Shown: piece by piece, positions 18,280 to 28,464 of the stretch | Position numbering within the stretch: position 1 is the first letter of the stretch | Layout of the letters: each line of letters opens with the position of its first letter | NCBI GenBank assembly: GCA_029262155.1 | Contig: JAJCZW010000004.1 | Coordinates: 1-54,818, forward strand | Direction: 5' to 3' | DNA: 54,818 bases | Source: Gemmatimonadota bacterium | Lineage (GTDB): Bacteria > Gemmatimonadota > Gemmatimonadetes > Gemmatimonadales > GWC2-71-9 | The notes under the pieces: model-generated | The model's database searches: none | Told to the model about the DNA's origin: nothing | The model's input: only the letters and a program-made list of their open reading frames with translations | Translations under genes and position numbers: made by a program

Positions 18280-19664
18280 AGCTCGAAGGACTCCCCATGC
18301 TTTGGAATGTCAACGGTGCCTACACCCTCGTCTCGGAGTATCTGGGCCATCCCTTCGAGCGCCTCAGGTTCGCCGTGCACCGCGAAGGCGCGCCGGATCG
18401 GTCCGCCGAGACGCCGGACCCATGCCCGGAGTTCATCGCGTCCGGCATGGGCCGAGTAGCCACCCAGGGTTTCGACCTGCGCTCGGCTCTCGAACCTCTC
18501 TCCAAAGATCCGTACGGTGCGGTCCCCCTCTTGGATTCGGCGACCCAGCGTGTGTTCCGCCTGGAACCCAACAAACAGGACCAGATTGCGGTGGTTGCCG
18601 ATATGGTTGGCGAGGTGATGGAGGATGCGCCCCGCCTCGCACATCCCCGACGCGGCGATGATGATCGCGGGCCCGTTTCGACTGTTGAGCGCCTTGGACT
18701 CCTCAACCGAGTTGACATAGTGTACCAGGCGGAAATCGAAGATCGCGTCGGTGCGCGAGAGGAGCGGTTCCCGTCGGTCAAAGACTTCGGGGTGGAGTCG
18801 GAAGACGGCGGTGGCATCGACCGCCAACGGACTGTCGATGAAGATCGGGACCGAGGGGATCTCTCCATTCCGGTACAACTGGTGGAGACTGTACACCAAC
18901 TCCTGGGTGCGTCCGACGGCAAACGATGGGATCAGTACCTTTCCTCCTCGCCCGGCCACTTCCCGGATTACCTCTCCGAGGCGGCTCTGGGAGTCGGCGA
19001 TCGATGGGTGGTTCCGGGTGCCGTAGGTGGATTCGACGATCAAGGTATCGATCGGTCCAGAGGGAGGATCGGGATCGCGAATGATCGGAAGATGGGGCCG
19101 CCCGATATCACCACTGAACACAAGTCGATGTCCTTCGCCCTCCGTCAGACGCATGTCGACCGACGCCGACCCGAGAATGTGTCCCGCTTCAGTGAACTCA
19201 AAGGAGAGATGCTTTCGGAGGTGGTATATCCGACGGTAGGGGATACCCATCATGAGGTCCTGTACTGCCACGGTGTCTGCCATCGTGTACAGCGGCTCGC
19301 TCTCCGGCGAGACCCGCCCATGTCGCTGGAGGTACTCGAAATCTTTTTCCTGGATATGAGCTGAATCAGGGAGCAACACGGCGGAGAGGTCTCGCGATGC
19401 CGGTGTGGCATAGATGGGACCATGGAACCCGTGGCGCACCAGGAGTGGCAGGCGGCCCGAATGGTCGATATGGGCATGGCTCAGCACCACCGCGTCGAGG
19501 CGGCGCGCGTCGAACGGCAACTCCGCATTGAGCGCGCGACTCTGTTTTCGTCGTCCTTGGAAGAGGCCAGCGTCGAGCGCGATGCGCGCCCCAGCGGCCT
19601 CCAAGAGATGCATCGATCCAGTGACTTGGCCAGCGGCGCCCCAGAATGTGATTCGTGGTCCCAT
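18276..19664 (-). CDS. MBL-fold metallo-hydrolase with beta-CASP/RNA-specificity domain
   Basis: HAHIDHSG motif. Trimmed to MGPRITFWGAAGQVTGSMHLLE so that it no longer overlaps upp. Confidence 0.85.
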   Translation of the reverse strand: MGPRITFWGAAGQVTGSMHLLEAAGARIALDAGLFQGRRKQSRALNAELPFDARRLDAVVLSHAHIDHSGRLPLLVRHGFHGPIYATPASRDLSAVLLPDSAHIQEKDFEYLQRHGRVSPESEPLYTMADTVAVQDLMMGIPYRRIYHLRKHLSFEFTEAGHILGSASVDMRLTEGEGHRLVFSGDIGRPHLPIIRDPDPPSGPIDTLIVESTYGTRNHPSIADSQSRLGEVIREVAGRGGKVLIPSFAVGRTQELVYSLHQLYRNGEIPSVPIFIDSPLAVDATAVFRLHPEVFDRREPLLSRTDAIFDFRLVHYVNSVEESKALNSRNGPAIIIAASGMCEAGRILHHLANHIGNHRNLVLFVGFQAEHTLGRRIQEGDRTVRIFGERFESRAQVETLGGYSAHAGRDELRAWVRRLGGPIRRAFAVHGEPEALEGMAQILRDEGVGTVDIPKHGESFEL

Positions 19665-19674
19665 AATCCCCCTC

Positions 19675-20316
19675 CTATCGCGTACCGAAGAGACGGTCCC
19701 CGGCATCGCCCAGGCCGGGGAGTATGTACCCCTTCTCGTTGAGCTGTCGATCGAGTGCCGCGGTGAAGATCGGTACGTCGGGATGGGCATCCAGTAAGGC
19801 CTGCACCCCTTCAGGGGCCGCGACGAGACAGAGGAACCTAATCCGACCAGCGCCGGCATCCTTCAATGTCTGGATCGCAGCCACTGCCGACCCCCCAGTG
19901 GCGAGCATCGGATCGAGGAGAAAGAAGTCACGGTCCGATTCAGCTGCCGGCACCTTGAAGTAGTAGCTCACCGGGCGGAGTGTCTCATGGTCGCGGTAAA
20001 GCCCGATATGCCCGACCCGTGCCGAAGGAATGAGCTGGGCGATCCCCTCAACCATGCCGAGGCCTGCCCGAAGGATCGGTACAAGCGCGAGCTTCTTCCC
20101 CGCGACCCTTCGGCCCATCGTCTGTTCCAAGGGGGTGTCGACTTCGACGGTTTCGGTCGGAAGGTCACGGGTGACCTCGTAGGTCATCAGCATCGCAATC
20201 TCGTTGACCAGCTGCTTGAAATCCTTCGTGGAGGTCGACCGCTGACGAAGAATGGTAAGCTTGTGCTGAATCAGAGGATGTGCGACGATGGTCAGATTGG
20301 CAAAGGATCCTGGCAT
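19675..20316 (-). CDS. upp: uracil phosphoribosyltransferase
   Basis: [20 protein letters not shown], and PRPP loop [11 protein letters not shown]. Confidence 0.9.
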   Translation of the reverse strand: MPGSFANLTIVAHPLIQHKLTILRQRSTSTKDFKQLVNEIAMLMTYEVTRDLPTETVEVDTPLEQTMGRRVAGKKLALVPILRAGLGMVEGIAQLIPSARVGHIGLYRDHETLRPVSYYFKVPAAESDRDFFLLDPMLATGGSAVAAIQTLKDAGAGRIRFLCLVAAPEGVQALLDAHPDVPIFTAALDRQLNEKGYILPGLGDAGDRLFGTR

Positions 20317-20428
20317 TCTCGCAATATGGGCCGTGGTTCTCGGCACCGGAAGCACCTTGTTCCGGGTGGCATCGTCTCCGGGACCCGAGCGTAGCGAGAC
20401 GATCGGCCCCTGGAGGTGTGATGCCTCG

Positions 20429-21016
20429 TTAGAAACGATACCCGAACCCTGCTCCGATCACGAGTGGATTGATATCCAGGTTAAATGCCGTTGTACCGCC
20501 TTGGTCGACATCGGTTGAGATGCTGATGTACTTGGCATCGAGATTGAAAACCGCCCGGGATGTGAGTATGAAATCGAAGCCAACCTGGCCAGCCAGCCCG
20601 AGACTCGTCGACAGATCAAAGTCGACCAACGGCCCCGACTTGTTGTAGAAAAAGGTGGCGTTCCCACCCCCACCGATATAGGGTCGGACCGTACCCCGGG
20701 TCACCGGGTGAAACTGAAAGAGAAGCGTCGGAGGAAGATGGTTTACCGCGCCAAGGCTGCCGTTTGGACCCAGGACCTCCTGAGCGGCAGAGGCGAGGAC
20801 CAACTCGAAAGCAAACTGGCGGTGTATGAAGTAACTGATGTCGATCTCAATTGTCGCATCGGACTCGACGTCAAGGCCAGCCGGTGTACTGGATGCGTCG
20901 GGGATGATGGCGATTCCGCGACCGCGAATGAGCCAGGGATGTTCGGGTTGCTGGGCGGTGGCGGCAGCCGGTAGGAGTAGGAGAACCGCAAGGCAACCGA
21001 GAATACACTTTCTCAT
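20429..21016 (-). CDS. OmpW family outer membrane protein
   Basis: Signal peptide, alternating beta-strand pattern, C-terminal ...GAGFGYRF. Confidence 0.8.
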   Translation of the reverse strand: MRKCILGCLAVLLLLPAAATAQQPEHPWLIRGRGIAIIPDASSTPAGLDVESDATIEIDISYFIHRQFAFELVLASAAQEVLGPNGSLGAVNHLPPTLLFQFHPVTRGTVRPYIGGGGNATFFYNKSGPLVDFDLSTSLGLAGQVGFDFILTSRAVFNLDAKYISISTDVDQGGTTAFNLDINPLVIGAGFGYRF

Positions 21017-21139
21017 GTGAAACTCCGATTATGAGTTGTCACATGCCAATTTGGAATAGGAATCATGAACGGATAGTGAAACCGTAGATAAGGGATAGAT
21101 AGGGAGGTTGATCAAGCGACGTGTGGACGGGGAAGGTGC

Positions 21140-21167
21140 TTGGCCATGCTGGGGGGATATCTATATA
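21140..21167 (+). promoter_or_regulatory. possible sigma70-type promoter for tRNA-Phe
   Basis: TTGGCC (21140-21145), 16-nt spacer, TATATA (21162-21167), 13 nt before the tRNA 5' end, in an AT-rich intergenic patch. Confidence 0.3.
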
Positions 21168-21180
21168 TTGCCGACCCTTA

Positions 21181-21253
<73 letters not shown>

Positions 21254-21505
21254 CTGCCCTGCCGTGAACCACCGGGCCCGGGCCGCATCAAGCACGGGAC
21301 TGTCGTAGAACGCCGCGAGGGTGACGAGATGAAGACTCCACCGGTCAGGCGGCCAGTCCGTCTGTTCCTGCCGAGTCTGGAGAAAGATTCCGAACACGGG
21401 ATCATCGAAGCGGCGAGCTTCAAACGAGTCCAGCGAGGTCTCTACCGTGATCGGGGCTGGATGGTATCGGGCACAACCAGCACCCAAAAGACAAGTGAGG
21501 CCCAT
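21254..21505 (-). pseudogene. N-terminal fragment (~84 aa) of a TolC/CzcC-type outer-membrane efflux lipoprotein, cut off exactly at the tRNA-Phe 3' end
   Basis: MGLTCLLGAGC (lipobox), then ARYHPAPI...FDDPVFGIFLQ...WPPDRWSLHLVTLAAFYDSPVLDAARARWFTAG matches the usual N-terminus of heavy-metal efflux OMFs. The rest of ORF 21161..21619 is read-through into the tRNA. Confidence 0.5.
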
Positions 21506-21894
21506 GACCAAACGCGAGACACGGTACCGTATCGCTGGTGGGACAATGCGCACGATATCGAGTCGGAACATGCCCGAAGCTAATCCGCCGAGCGAGGGCT
21601 TTCCATTCCTTTGGATCACTTCGCCTGGGAATCGAAGGGGCTACCCGACAAGATGTGGCAGAAAACCAGGCCACATCGCGCTCCGAACACCACAGAAATC
21701 ACCGTGCGCCCAGAGGGGAAGGGTCGGTCCCTTGAAGGTTTAGGACCTCCACGTGGGTAATGTTTTGTATTGCAACGTAAGGGGTCTGGCCCCAGATAGG
21801 TTCCGGAACCGGCTGCCCAAGCCTAGATTGTAGGTGTGGCGGCCACGGGAGGGTTGTAGGGTGGCCTGTTCCCAGACCAAAGGAAGCGACCTAG

Positions 21895-23010
21895 GTGTCA
21901 ACCGCTTGTCCGTCCTTTCCGTCCAGAAGCGGAGGGGCGTTTCTGCAGGAGGTCCGCGCCGCCGTCGGTAAGCACTTTGCCGACTCAGGCCGTCGTTCCA
22001 CCGGGGACTGGTGGATGGTCGGAAAGACCATCTGCGTGCTAATGCTGACGTTCACCCCGTACTTCCTCATCATGAGCGGCGGGTTTTCCGGGCCCATCTC
22101 CCTTGGGCTTGCGGCTATCGTTGGCCTCGGCGTGGCGGGTATAGGATTTGGTGTCGCCCACGACGCCCTCCACGGATCCTACTCGGCCAATCCACGACTC
22201 AACCAGGTTGTCGGATGGAGCATGGATCTGGCCGGCGGCAGCAGCTATCTGTGGAAACTCACCCACAACATTATCCACCACACCTATACCAACATTCACG
22301 GCGCCGACGAAGATCTCGCCGTGTCACCACTGCTTCGGCTCTCCCCCCACGCACCCCGCAGATGGTATCACCGGTTTCAACACTGGTATGCGATCGCTCT
22401 TTACAGCATGACCACTCTATTCTGGGCGTTCGTGAAGGATTACCGCTATCTCCTCCAGAAGGATCTCGGTCCCTACCCTGATAAGAAGCACGCCCCGCGA
22501 GATATTGCCGGCCTCTTCCTAGGCAGGGTGATCTACTACACGTGGACCATCGTCCTCCCGATCGCGCTTCTTCCTTTCGCGTGGTGGCAGACGGCTCTCG
22601 GTATTGCCCTGGCGCACGCCGTGGCGGGCACTACGCTGGGGATCGTGTTCCAAATGGCTCACGTGGTCGAACAGACATCCCACCCGGAGCCCGACGCTGG
22701 TGGCGCGATGCCCGATGGCTGGGCGGCGCACGAGATGTTTACTACGGCCAATTTCGCCCCCGACAACCGATTGCTCACGTGGTATGTCGGTGGCCTCAAC
22801 TATCAGGTTGAGCACCATCTCTTTCCCAAGATCTGCAGTGTGCACTATCCCGAGATCAGTTCGATCGTTCAACGCGTCGCGGCCGAACACGGATTGCCAT
22901 ACCACAGTAACCCAACCTTCCTCGGCGCGATCGCGTCGCACCTGAGGACGCTCCGACGGCAAGGCGTGGAAGACCTCGTCCCGACATTGGCGGCGGCAAC
23001 CCGCGCTTAG
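21895..23010 (+). CDS. membrane fatty acid desaturase family protein
   Basis: Three His boxes: HDALH, HNIIHH, QVEHHLF. Multiple TM helices. Confidence 0.85.
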   Translation: MSTACPSFPSRSGGAFLQEVRAAVGKHFADSGRRSTGDWWMVGKTICVLMLTFTPYFLIMSGGFSGPISLGLAAIVGLGVAGIGFGVAHDALHGSYSANPRLNQVVGWSMDLAGGSSYLWKLTHNIIHHTYTNIHGADEDLAVSPLLRLSPHAPRRWYHRFQHWYAIALYSMTTLFWAFVKDYRYLLQKDLGPYPDKKHAPRDIAGLFLGRVIYYTWTIVLPIALLPFAWWQTALGIALAHAVAGTTLGIVFQMAHVVEQTSHPEPDAGGAMPDGWAAHEMFTTANFAPDNRLLTWYVGGLNYQVEHHLFPKICSVHYPEISSIVQRVAAEHGLPYHSNPTFLGAIASHLRTLRRQGVEDLVPTLAAATRA

Positions 23011-23291
23011 CAGGAAGCCGTTGTGTCCCAGCGCGTTAACGACCAACAGCAACGAAGCGACTGTACGTCGGCCAAGGAGGACTCGCTGAGAGCGCTCCCT
23101 TAAGCTCTGTAGTGGTTGAGCAGGCACGGTACTTCACCTATCCGACCTCTTTGGTACCATCGCAATCCATCGCAGGTCTCAGTGTAGCTCTAAAACCCAA
23201 ATCGATACCAAACCGACTAGGTTACATGTGAGAACGAGTTGCACCGGCGCGTGCGGTGCGGCCGTCACACTCCCATTGCGACGAGCGAGTC

Positions 23292-23588
23292 ATGTCCACC
23301 TACAAGACCGCGCAACGATGGCTCAGCCATCGGGGCCGAGATTTTCACTTTGTTTCCTATGAGGGAATGCCTGCCAACCCGCGGCGAGACCAGGAGGCCA
23401 CCGAGCCGACTTGGTTTCTGATGAATGAAGGTAAACGGTTTGCCGTAGCCCCTCATTTCGTGGAACAGGATGTCGAAGAACTCGAAGTGCTGTTCATCGC
23501 CTGGCTGGAAGAGAATGTCTTCCTGCCCGAGCCCGTGGCCGCAGACCCACCTCCCAAGAAGAAGAGGGCCCGGCGCGTAAGGAAATAG
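23292..23588 (+). CDS. hypothetical protein
   Basis: ORF 23256..23588 trimmed to MSTYKTAQRW. Lys/Arg-rich C-terminus. No recognisable motif. Confidence 0.4.
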   Translation: MSTYKTAQRWLSHRGRDFHFVSYEGMPANPRRDQEATEPTWFLMNEGKRFAVAPHFVEQDVEELEVLFIAWLEENVFLPEPVAADPPPKKKRARRVRK

Positions 23589-24032
23589 AACACCGTGTTA
23601 GGGTAGACCAGAGAAGGCTACCGGCGCTGGATACAACGAGAGGTCCAATTCGGTGTCGCGCCCCCCAAATGCCACGCAAAACTTGAATCGATTATCGCAT
23701 GGAAGGGTTTGTGTTCCCCCACTTTCTATTTATTAGGGGTGTGGTGGTGGAGGCCGCGGCGCCGTACGCGTCTTCTGCGTGAGTTTTGTTCCGGTGCGGG
23801 TTGTTTCACGCAGAGGCCGCAGAGGATCGCAGAGGGTTGGGAGTGTCCCCCCCCCCGGATCGGCGACCAATACTGATCCTGGATCCCCATCCCGTTGAGA
23901 AAGTACTTCGCATTCCACATCGCGTTAAGTCTTCCCTCAACAGTATCCGGACAGTCGGTGCTCGGGGAGAACCGGTTACGGATCGGATCGGTGAATGGTA
24001 GTATCCCATGACACTCCCTTCCCGGAGCGCCA

Positions 24033-24449
24033 ATGGCCAAACTCAGGACCACTCCGACCAAGCGTAGTGTGACCGCATTCCTGAAAGGGGTCACCGACGA
24101 GAGACGAAAAGACGATTCTCTTCAACTCCTGGAGATCATCACCAAGATCACGAAACTGGAACCGCAGATGTGGGGCAGCAGTATCGTCGGCTTTGGGCGT
24201 TACCACTACGTCTATGACAGTGGCCGGGAGGGAGAGTGTTTTCTGGTGGGGTTTTCGCCGCGGAAACAGAACCTAACGGTGTACATCATGTCGGGGTTTA
24301 GTAAGTACCAGGAACTTTTGGGGCGACTCGGAAAGCACACGACCGGCAAATCGTGTCTCTATATCAAGTCGTTGGACGACGTCCACCTCCCAACGCTCAA
24401 ACAGTTGATCCGAGAATCGGTGCGACAGATGCGCGCGAAGAAGACATGA
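24033..24449 (+). CDS. DUF1801 (YdhG-like) domain protein
   Basis: KRSVTAFLKGV...QMWGSSIVGFGRYHY...CLYIKSLDDV pattern. Confidence 0.8.
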   Translation: MAKLRTTPTKRSVTAFLKGVTDERRKDDSLQLLEIITKITKLEPQMWGSSIVGFGRYHYVYDSGREGECFLVGFSPRKQNLTVYIMSGFSKYQELLGRLGKHTTGKSCLYIKSLDDVHLPTLKQLIRESVRQMRAKKT

Positions 24450-25177
24450 TCGCCCCTCGAGCACCGGAGAAGCGTCGTAACACCATCGGAACGTGGCGTT
24501 GGCGGTCGGGCGCGCTCGCGATGGCCACCATCCTTTGGACCAACATCGCCTCGGCTCAACGTGAGGTTTCTTTCCCCACCGATGACGGCGGTATCGTCTG
24601 GGCCGATCTGTATGGTCAGGGTGAGCGCGGTGTGGTGCTGGCGCATGGGGGACGGTTTACCAAGGAGAGCTGGGCTGCTCAGGCGCCCCTGCTGGTGGAG
24701 GTAGGGTATCGCGTTGTCGCGATCGACTTCCGTGGAAGGGGCCGGTCCAAAGGTGGTCCCCAGGCTCGTCCGGATGAAAGCGATGTGTATTACGACGTAC
24801 TGGCCGCAGTGCGCTACCTGCGACAGACCGGAGCCACCACCGTTGCCGTTGTTGGGGGGAGTTTTGGTGGGGGTGCCGCCGCCCAAGCAGCGGTTGAGGC
24901 CAAGCCGGGTGAGATCGACCGGATCGTGCTGCTGGCACATTCCCCCATTGAACACCCCGAGCTCATGCAAGGCCGGAAGCTTTTCATCTTGACTGCTGGC
25001 GATACCACCGGCAACGGACGTCTCCGTCTCCCGGCGATTCGGGACCAGTTCGTCCGTGCGACCGAACCGAAGGAGATGGTTGTTCTCCCCGGTGCCGCGC
25101 ACGCCCAATTCATCTTCCAAACCGACGAGGGCGAACGGCTCCTGGCGGAGATACTCCGCTTTCTCGCCGCCCCGTGA
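24446..25177 (+). CDS. secreted alpha/beta hydrolase
   Basis: ATGA overlap with the DUF1801 gene. Signal peptide. VVLAHGG...GGSFGGGAA nucleophile-elbow-like motif. Confidence 0.8.
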   Translation: MIAPRAPEKRRNTIGTWRWRSGALAMATILWTNIASAQREVSFPTDDGGIVWADLYGQGERGVVLAHGGRFTKESWAAQAPLLVEVGYRVVAIDFRGRGRSKGGPQARPDESDVYYDVLAAVRYLRQTGATTVAVVGGSFGGGAAAQAAVEAKPGEIDRIVLLAHSPIEHPELMQGRKLFILTAGDTTGNGRLRLPAIRDQFVRATEPKEMVVLPGAAHAQFIFQTDEGERLLAEILRFLAAP

Positions 25178-25217
25178 GCCGCATACCGATTCCGAGTGTT
25201 GCGGGAATGTTTTTGCG

Positions 25218-25241
25218 AACATACAAATAATTTTGTATGTT
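25218..25241. promoter_or_regulatory. 10-4-10 perfect inverted repeat AACATACAAA-TAAT-TTTGTATGTT, candidate operator of the downstream ArsR-like regulator
   Basis: AT-rich palindrome 19 nt upstream of ATG 25260 in an otherwise GC-rich genome. Confidence 0.4.
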
Positions 25242-25259
25242 GTTCAAGAGGTGATTCCT

Positions 25260-25859
25260 ATGGCATCGTCCAATGTCCTGCTCATCGAATCGGTCCAACA
25301 AGCGGCCAGCGTCCTCAAGCCGCTGCGAATACAGATGTTACGGCAGATGACCGAACCCCGAACCTGTACCGAACTGGCCCGGGAGTTCGGGGTTTCCCCT
25401 CAAAAGGCCTATTACCACGTCAAATCGATGGAACGTGCCGGCGTCGTTGAACGCTCTGCCGAACGTATCGTCAATGGACTGAAAGAGGGGTTCTATCGGG
25501 CCCGGGCCCGCTCTTTTTGGCTCTCTCCCCGTTTGGTCAAAAGCCTCGGCGGCACTCGCGCGGCCCGCGATCAAACCAGCCTGGGAATGCTCGCCCGAAC
25601 CGCAGAACAGGTGCTGGAGGATGTGGGGCATCTCGCCGAGCGATCGACGGCTGGTGAGGAGGTGTCATCGCTCTCCCTCGATGTGTCAATCGACCTTCCC
25701 GATCCCGAACGCCGTCAGGCATTCATGCAAGACCTGACCGACACCTTCCAAGCGCTGGCGAGTCGCTACACCGACTCGACCTGCTCCACGCCCGCCTCCG
25801 GCCAACGCTATCGCTTTACTTTGCTTTGTTACCCCAAGTCCGACCAGGAGATATCGTGA
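25260..25859 (+). CDS. ArsR-family winged-helix transcriptional regulator
   Basis: LKPLRIQMLRQMTEPRTCTELAREFGVSPQKAYYHVKSMERAGVV. GTGA overlap with the next gene. Confidence 0.8.
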   Translation: MASSNVLLIESVQQAASVLKPLRIQMLRQMTEPRTCTELAREFGVSPQKAYYHVKSMERAGVVERSAERIVNGLKEGFYRARARSFWLSPRLVKSLGGTRAARDQTSLGMLARTAEQVLEDVGHLAERSTAGEEVSSLSLDVSIDLPDPERRQAFMQDLTDTFQALASRYTDSTCSTPASGQRYRFTLLCYPKSDQEIS

Positions 25860-26806
25860 CACCGCGCGATCTACACTTCCAACACGCACTCGCGGCGAGC
25901 CCGAAAGAGGTGTTTGCTGCCCTAACGCACAATGAACACCTCACTCGATGGTTCTGTGAATTCGCCGATGTCGACCTCGCAAACGGGGAATACCATTTTT
26001 GGGGACGGTTTACGCCAGGGAATCCGAATCGCGAGAGTGCGATACAGTCTGTCGTTGCGCTCGAACAGGATCGACTCTTGCGCATAACATGGCCTCTTCG
26101 AGGAGTCGAGAGCACCGTCACCTTTCGGCTCGCCGCTGTACCCAACGGGACTCGGCTCGGGGTGTGGCATGCCGGACTTCAGGGAGCCGAACGCGGATCA
26201 TCCCTCGATTTTTCGATGAGCGATGTGTGGTTTCTCATGTTAGAAAACCTCCGGCGGTATCTGGATGGAAGGAGTGCGATGCGATGCGATTTTTCCACCT
26301 TCGACGATATCAAACCGATTGATTTGCAGACGGAGATTGCCGGTCCGTCCGCCCAAGCGTGGGAAGCCCTGCTTCGTCCCAATCAACTGAATACGTGGAT
26401 CGCGAGTGCGGCCAGCGTCGATGCCCGAGTAGGTGGAGAGTGGAACATGGGGTGGGGCGACGAGGGGGCATTCAAGATCTTGGAGCTGGAACCGGGGAAA
26501 CGCTTGTCGCTCGAATGGCTCGCCGGCGACGCCCCGACGATCGTGACTTGGACCTTGGAAGAGGTCGAGGGTGGTGCCCGAACCCGACTCACGCTTACGC
26601 ACAGCGGCTTTGCTTCGGACTACATCCCGCGCGGCGAACGCGCCGGTTGGAGTGCCTTCATCTGTTGGATCACTTCGTTTGTTGAATACGGTTCGGCGTG
26701 GCTACCTCCGACTCGGGCGCTCGCGCCACAAGACGCGATGATGTATCCCCATGGGGTGATGGCGCAGCAGGAGTCGATCGTGACGGAGGAGGAGTGGGAT
26801 CGATAG
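25856..26806 (+). CDS. SRPBCC superfamily protein (two AHSA1/START-like halves)
   Basis: Repeated ...L..W... modules (EHLTRWFCEF; PNQLNTWIASAA). The ArsR+SRPBCC pairing is common. Confidence 0.8.
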   Translation: MTPRDLHFQHALAASPKEVFAALTHNEHLTRWFCEFADVDLANGEYHFWGRFTPGNPNRESAIQSVVALEQDRLLRITWPLRGVESTVTFRLAAVPNGTRLGVWHAGLQGAERGSSLDFSMSDVWFLMLENLRRYLDGRSAMRCDFSTFDDIKPIDLQTEIAGPSAQAWEALLRPNQLNTWIASAASVDARVGGEWNMGWGDEGAFKILELEPGKRLSLEWLAGDAPTIVTWTLEEVEGGARTRLTLTHSGFASDYIPRGERAGWSAFICWITSFVEYGSAWLPPTRALAPQDAMMYPHGVMAQQESIVTEEEWDR

Positions 26807-26809
26807 GTT

Positions 26810-26836
26810 GGGGCGACGCAGCGGGGGCGACGCCCC
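26810..26836. repeat. GGGGCGAC-family element (half-type: GGGGCGACGCAGCGGGGGCGACGCCCC)
   Basis: Lies between convergent stops at 26806 and 26845. Shares the GGGGCGACGC core with five other sites. Confidence 0.75.
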
Positions 26837-26844
26837 GACCTAGC

Positions 26845-27171
26845 CTATTCGGGACCTGTGGTCTTCATTGAGTCGCGGATCTCCCGAAGGAACTCGACGC
26901 CCCGAAAGACCACCATCAACACCTCCATCATGACCCGGAAATACATCGCCAGGAAGATGAAGGCGATGCCGGCAGCCGGCAGTCCGACGATCAACGCGCC
27001 GGCTTTCCCGAAGAAGCCACTGGCCATGCCGAGCGCGGTGAAGAGAACACCGAGTCCGGCAAGGCCGCTCAGGCCGAGGAGGATAGCGTAGAGGAACCGC
27101 TGGATCTTGGGGGTGATGAAATGCGTAAACGAGAGATCGAAGAGGGATGACACCAAGCTACGGTTATCCAT
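26845..27171 (-). CDS. DUF4282-like small membrane protein
   Basis: Trimmed to MDNRSLVSSLFDLSFTHFITPKIQRFLY, with two TM helices. Confidence 0.7.
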   Translation of the reverse strand: MDNRSLVSSLFDLSFTHFITPKIQRFLYAILLGLSGLAGLGVLFTALGMASGFFGKAGALIVGLPAAGIAFIFLAMYFRVMMEVLMVVFRGVEFLREIRDSMKTTGPE

Positions 27172-27268
27172 AGTATGCTCCTGGGAGGAGAGGTGGCGAC
27201 TCAAGCGCGACCATAGCGTCGCTCCACGCATTGCGCAAGATTGAGGCTCCAGCCGTCATGATGCTGCC

Positions 27269-27314
27269 GGGCGACGGTGGGGCGACGCATGCGTCGCCCC
27301 CGCAGCGTCGCCCC
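27269..27314. repeat. GGGGCGAC-family element with perfect 22-bp palindrome core (27279-27300)
   Basis: GGGCGACGGT-GGGGCGACGCATGCGTCGCCCC-CGCAGCGTCGCCCC. Confidence 0.85.
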
Positions 27315-27372
27315 AACAGCGTTTTGTAATCTGGTGGGAGAATCGTCATTGGCCCGAGCCGTCCTTACAAAC

Positions 27373-28075
27373 CTAGGGCTCTCGGCGTTCGAAGGTTATC
27401 CCGGACATCGTGAGTGCATGTGCCGGAGTGCCCTTTTCGAAATCGAAGCGCACCACAGACCCACCGCCGAGCAACTCCACTCTCAGGAAATCGTTCCGAG
27501 GAGGATCGAACGCCTCGACCCGCGACCACTGTGGCCCCATCGTGGCCAGCAAATCCCCTCGGATCGCAAAGACGATCGTTCCGTAGTGGGGATTGACATA
27601 GGTGCCAGCAAAATCGGTGAGGGGACGTGCGGGAAAGCGGGGTCGGGCGGCTCGCGTCGCCCGATCGGCGGCGATCCGCTGACGGCCGTTTCGTGCGTTG
27701 GCCGCGTATTCTTCTAGGTCGGCTTCGTACTTCTGGTCGACATCAGGTTGGCCCCGCAGCAGGTCATAGGCGTACCGAGCGACGAGCTCGGCTAGAAACC
27801 CACCGAACCCGATTTCATTGGCAAGCGCCACCACCCCGATCTTCCGCTCCGGCATGAAAGAGACATGGGCATGAAAGCCGCTGAACCCTCCGAAGTGGTG
27901 GAGGAGGACGTCCCCATCGTAATGCCCGACATACCAACCCAAGCCGTATCCCTCACGAGTGAACTGCATATAGCGGGCATCGGTCGTTGCCTGGAGGCGC
28001 TGAGCCTCTTCGAAGGCTGCTCGGGGGAGGAGTTGACGCCCATCGATCTGCCCGCCAAGAGGTCCGCCAACTCCC
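27373..28075 (-). pseudogene. C-terminal ~230 aa of a serine hydrolase (beta-lactamase/PBP4* family); N-terminal SxxK half missing
   Basis: YGLGWYVGHYDGDVLLHHFGGFSGFHAHVSFMPERKIGVVALAN. The frame is open upstream only to TGA at ~28076-28078, with no plausible start or SxxK motif. Confidence 0.55.
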
Positions 28076-28078
28076 CCT

Positions 28079-28440
28079 CAAAGTTGGTGGGATCGCGTCT
28101 TGTTGCGCCCACGAAGCGGAGGAATGTCCGGGCGTGCTGTCGCGAGTGACACCACCCCCAGCGGTTGCTTGCCGCGTCCCCCTGAAGTTCCGGCGGAACG
28201 ACCACAAGTATCGTCCGAGTCCCCTCGTCGCCGAACCGGTTGGCATGGACGACACCAGCGGGTTTGACCACAACCACTGAGAGGGCCGGCATGTTCGACA
28301 GTGGATCCGGCTCGCTCCTCCAGGGTGCCAGCGAGGATGAGTGTGAGCGTGGTGAAACCGTGTGTGTGTGGTGGCTGGATCTCCCCCGCGCCGTAGGCAA
28401 CGGAGTGGAGGGGTATCGACGGCCGGGGGTGATTGGCGTG
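28079..28440 (-). pseudogene. frameshifted N-terminal (cupin-like) fragment of an AraC-type regulator; HTH half absent
   Basis: Two frames together read ...LHSVAYGAGEIQPPHTHGFTTLTLILAGTLEE...AGPLS / SVVVVKPAGVVHANRFGDEGTRTILVVVPPE..., a pattern I associate with AraC N-terminal domains. Confidence 0.35.
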
Positions 28441-28464
28441 AGCAGACTCTGCTGTTGGGACGCT

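Noticed and set aside
21620-21894. 275-nt intergenic region upstream of the desaturase, considered for a small RNA or leader
   Set aside because: No convincing promoter/terminator pair, conserved structure or repeat is visible from the sequence alone.
23726-24094. 122-aa minus-strand ORF as a confident CDS
   Set aside because: It overlaps the DUF1801 start by 62 nt, contains the G10 run, and ends in an implausible RRRRVRRRGLHHH tail. It is kept only as a finding about the homopolymer.
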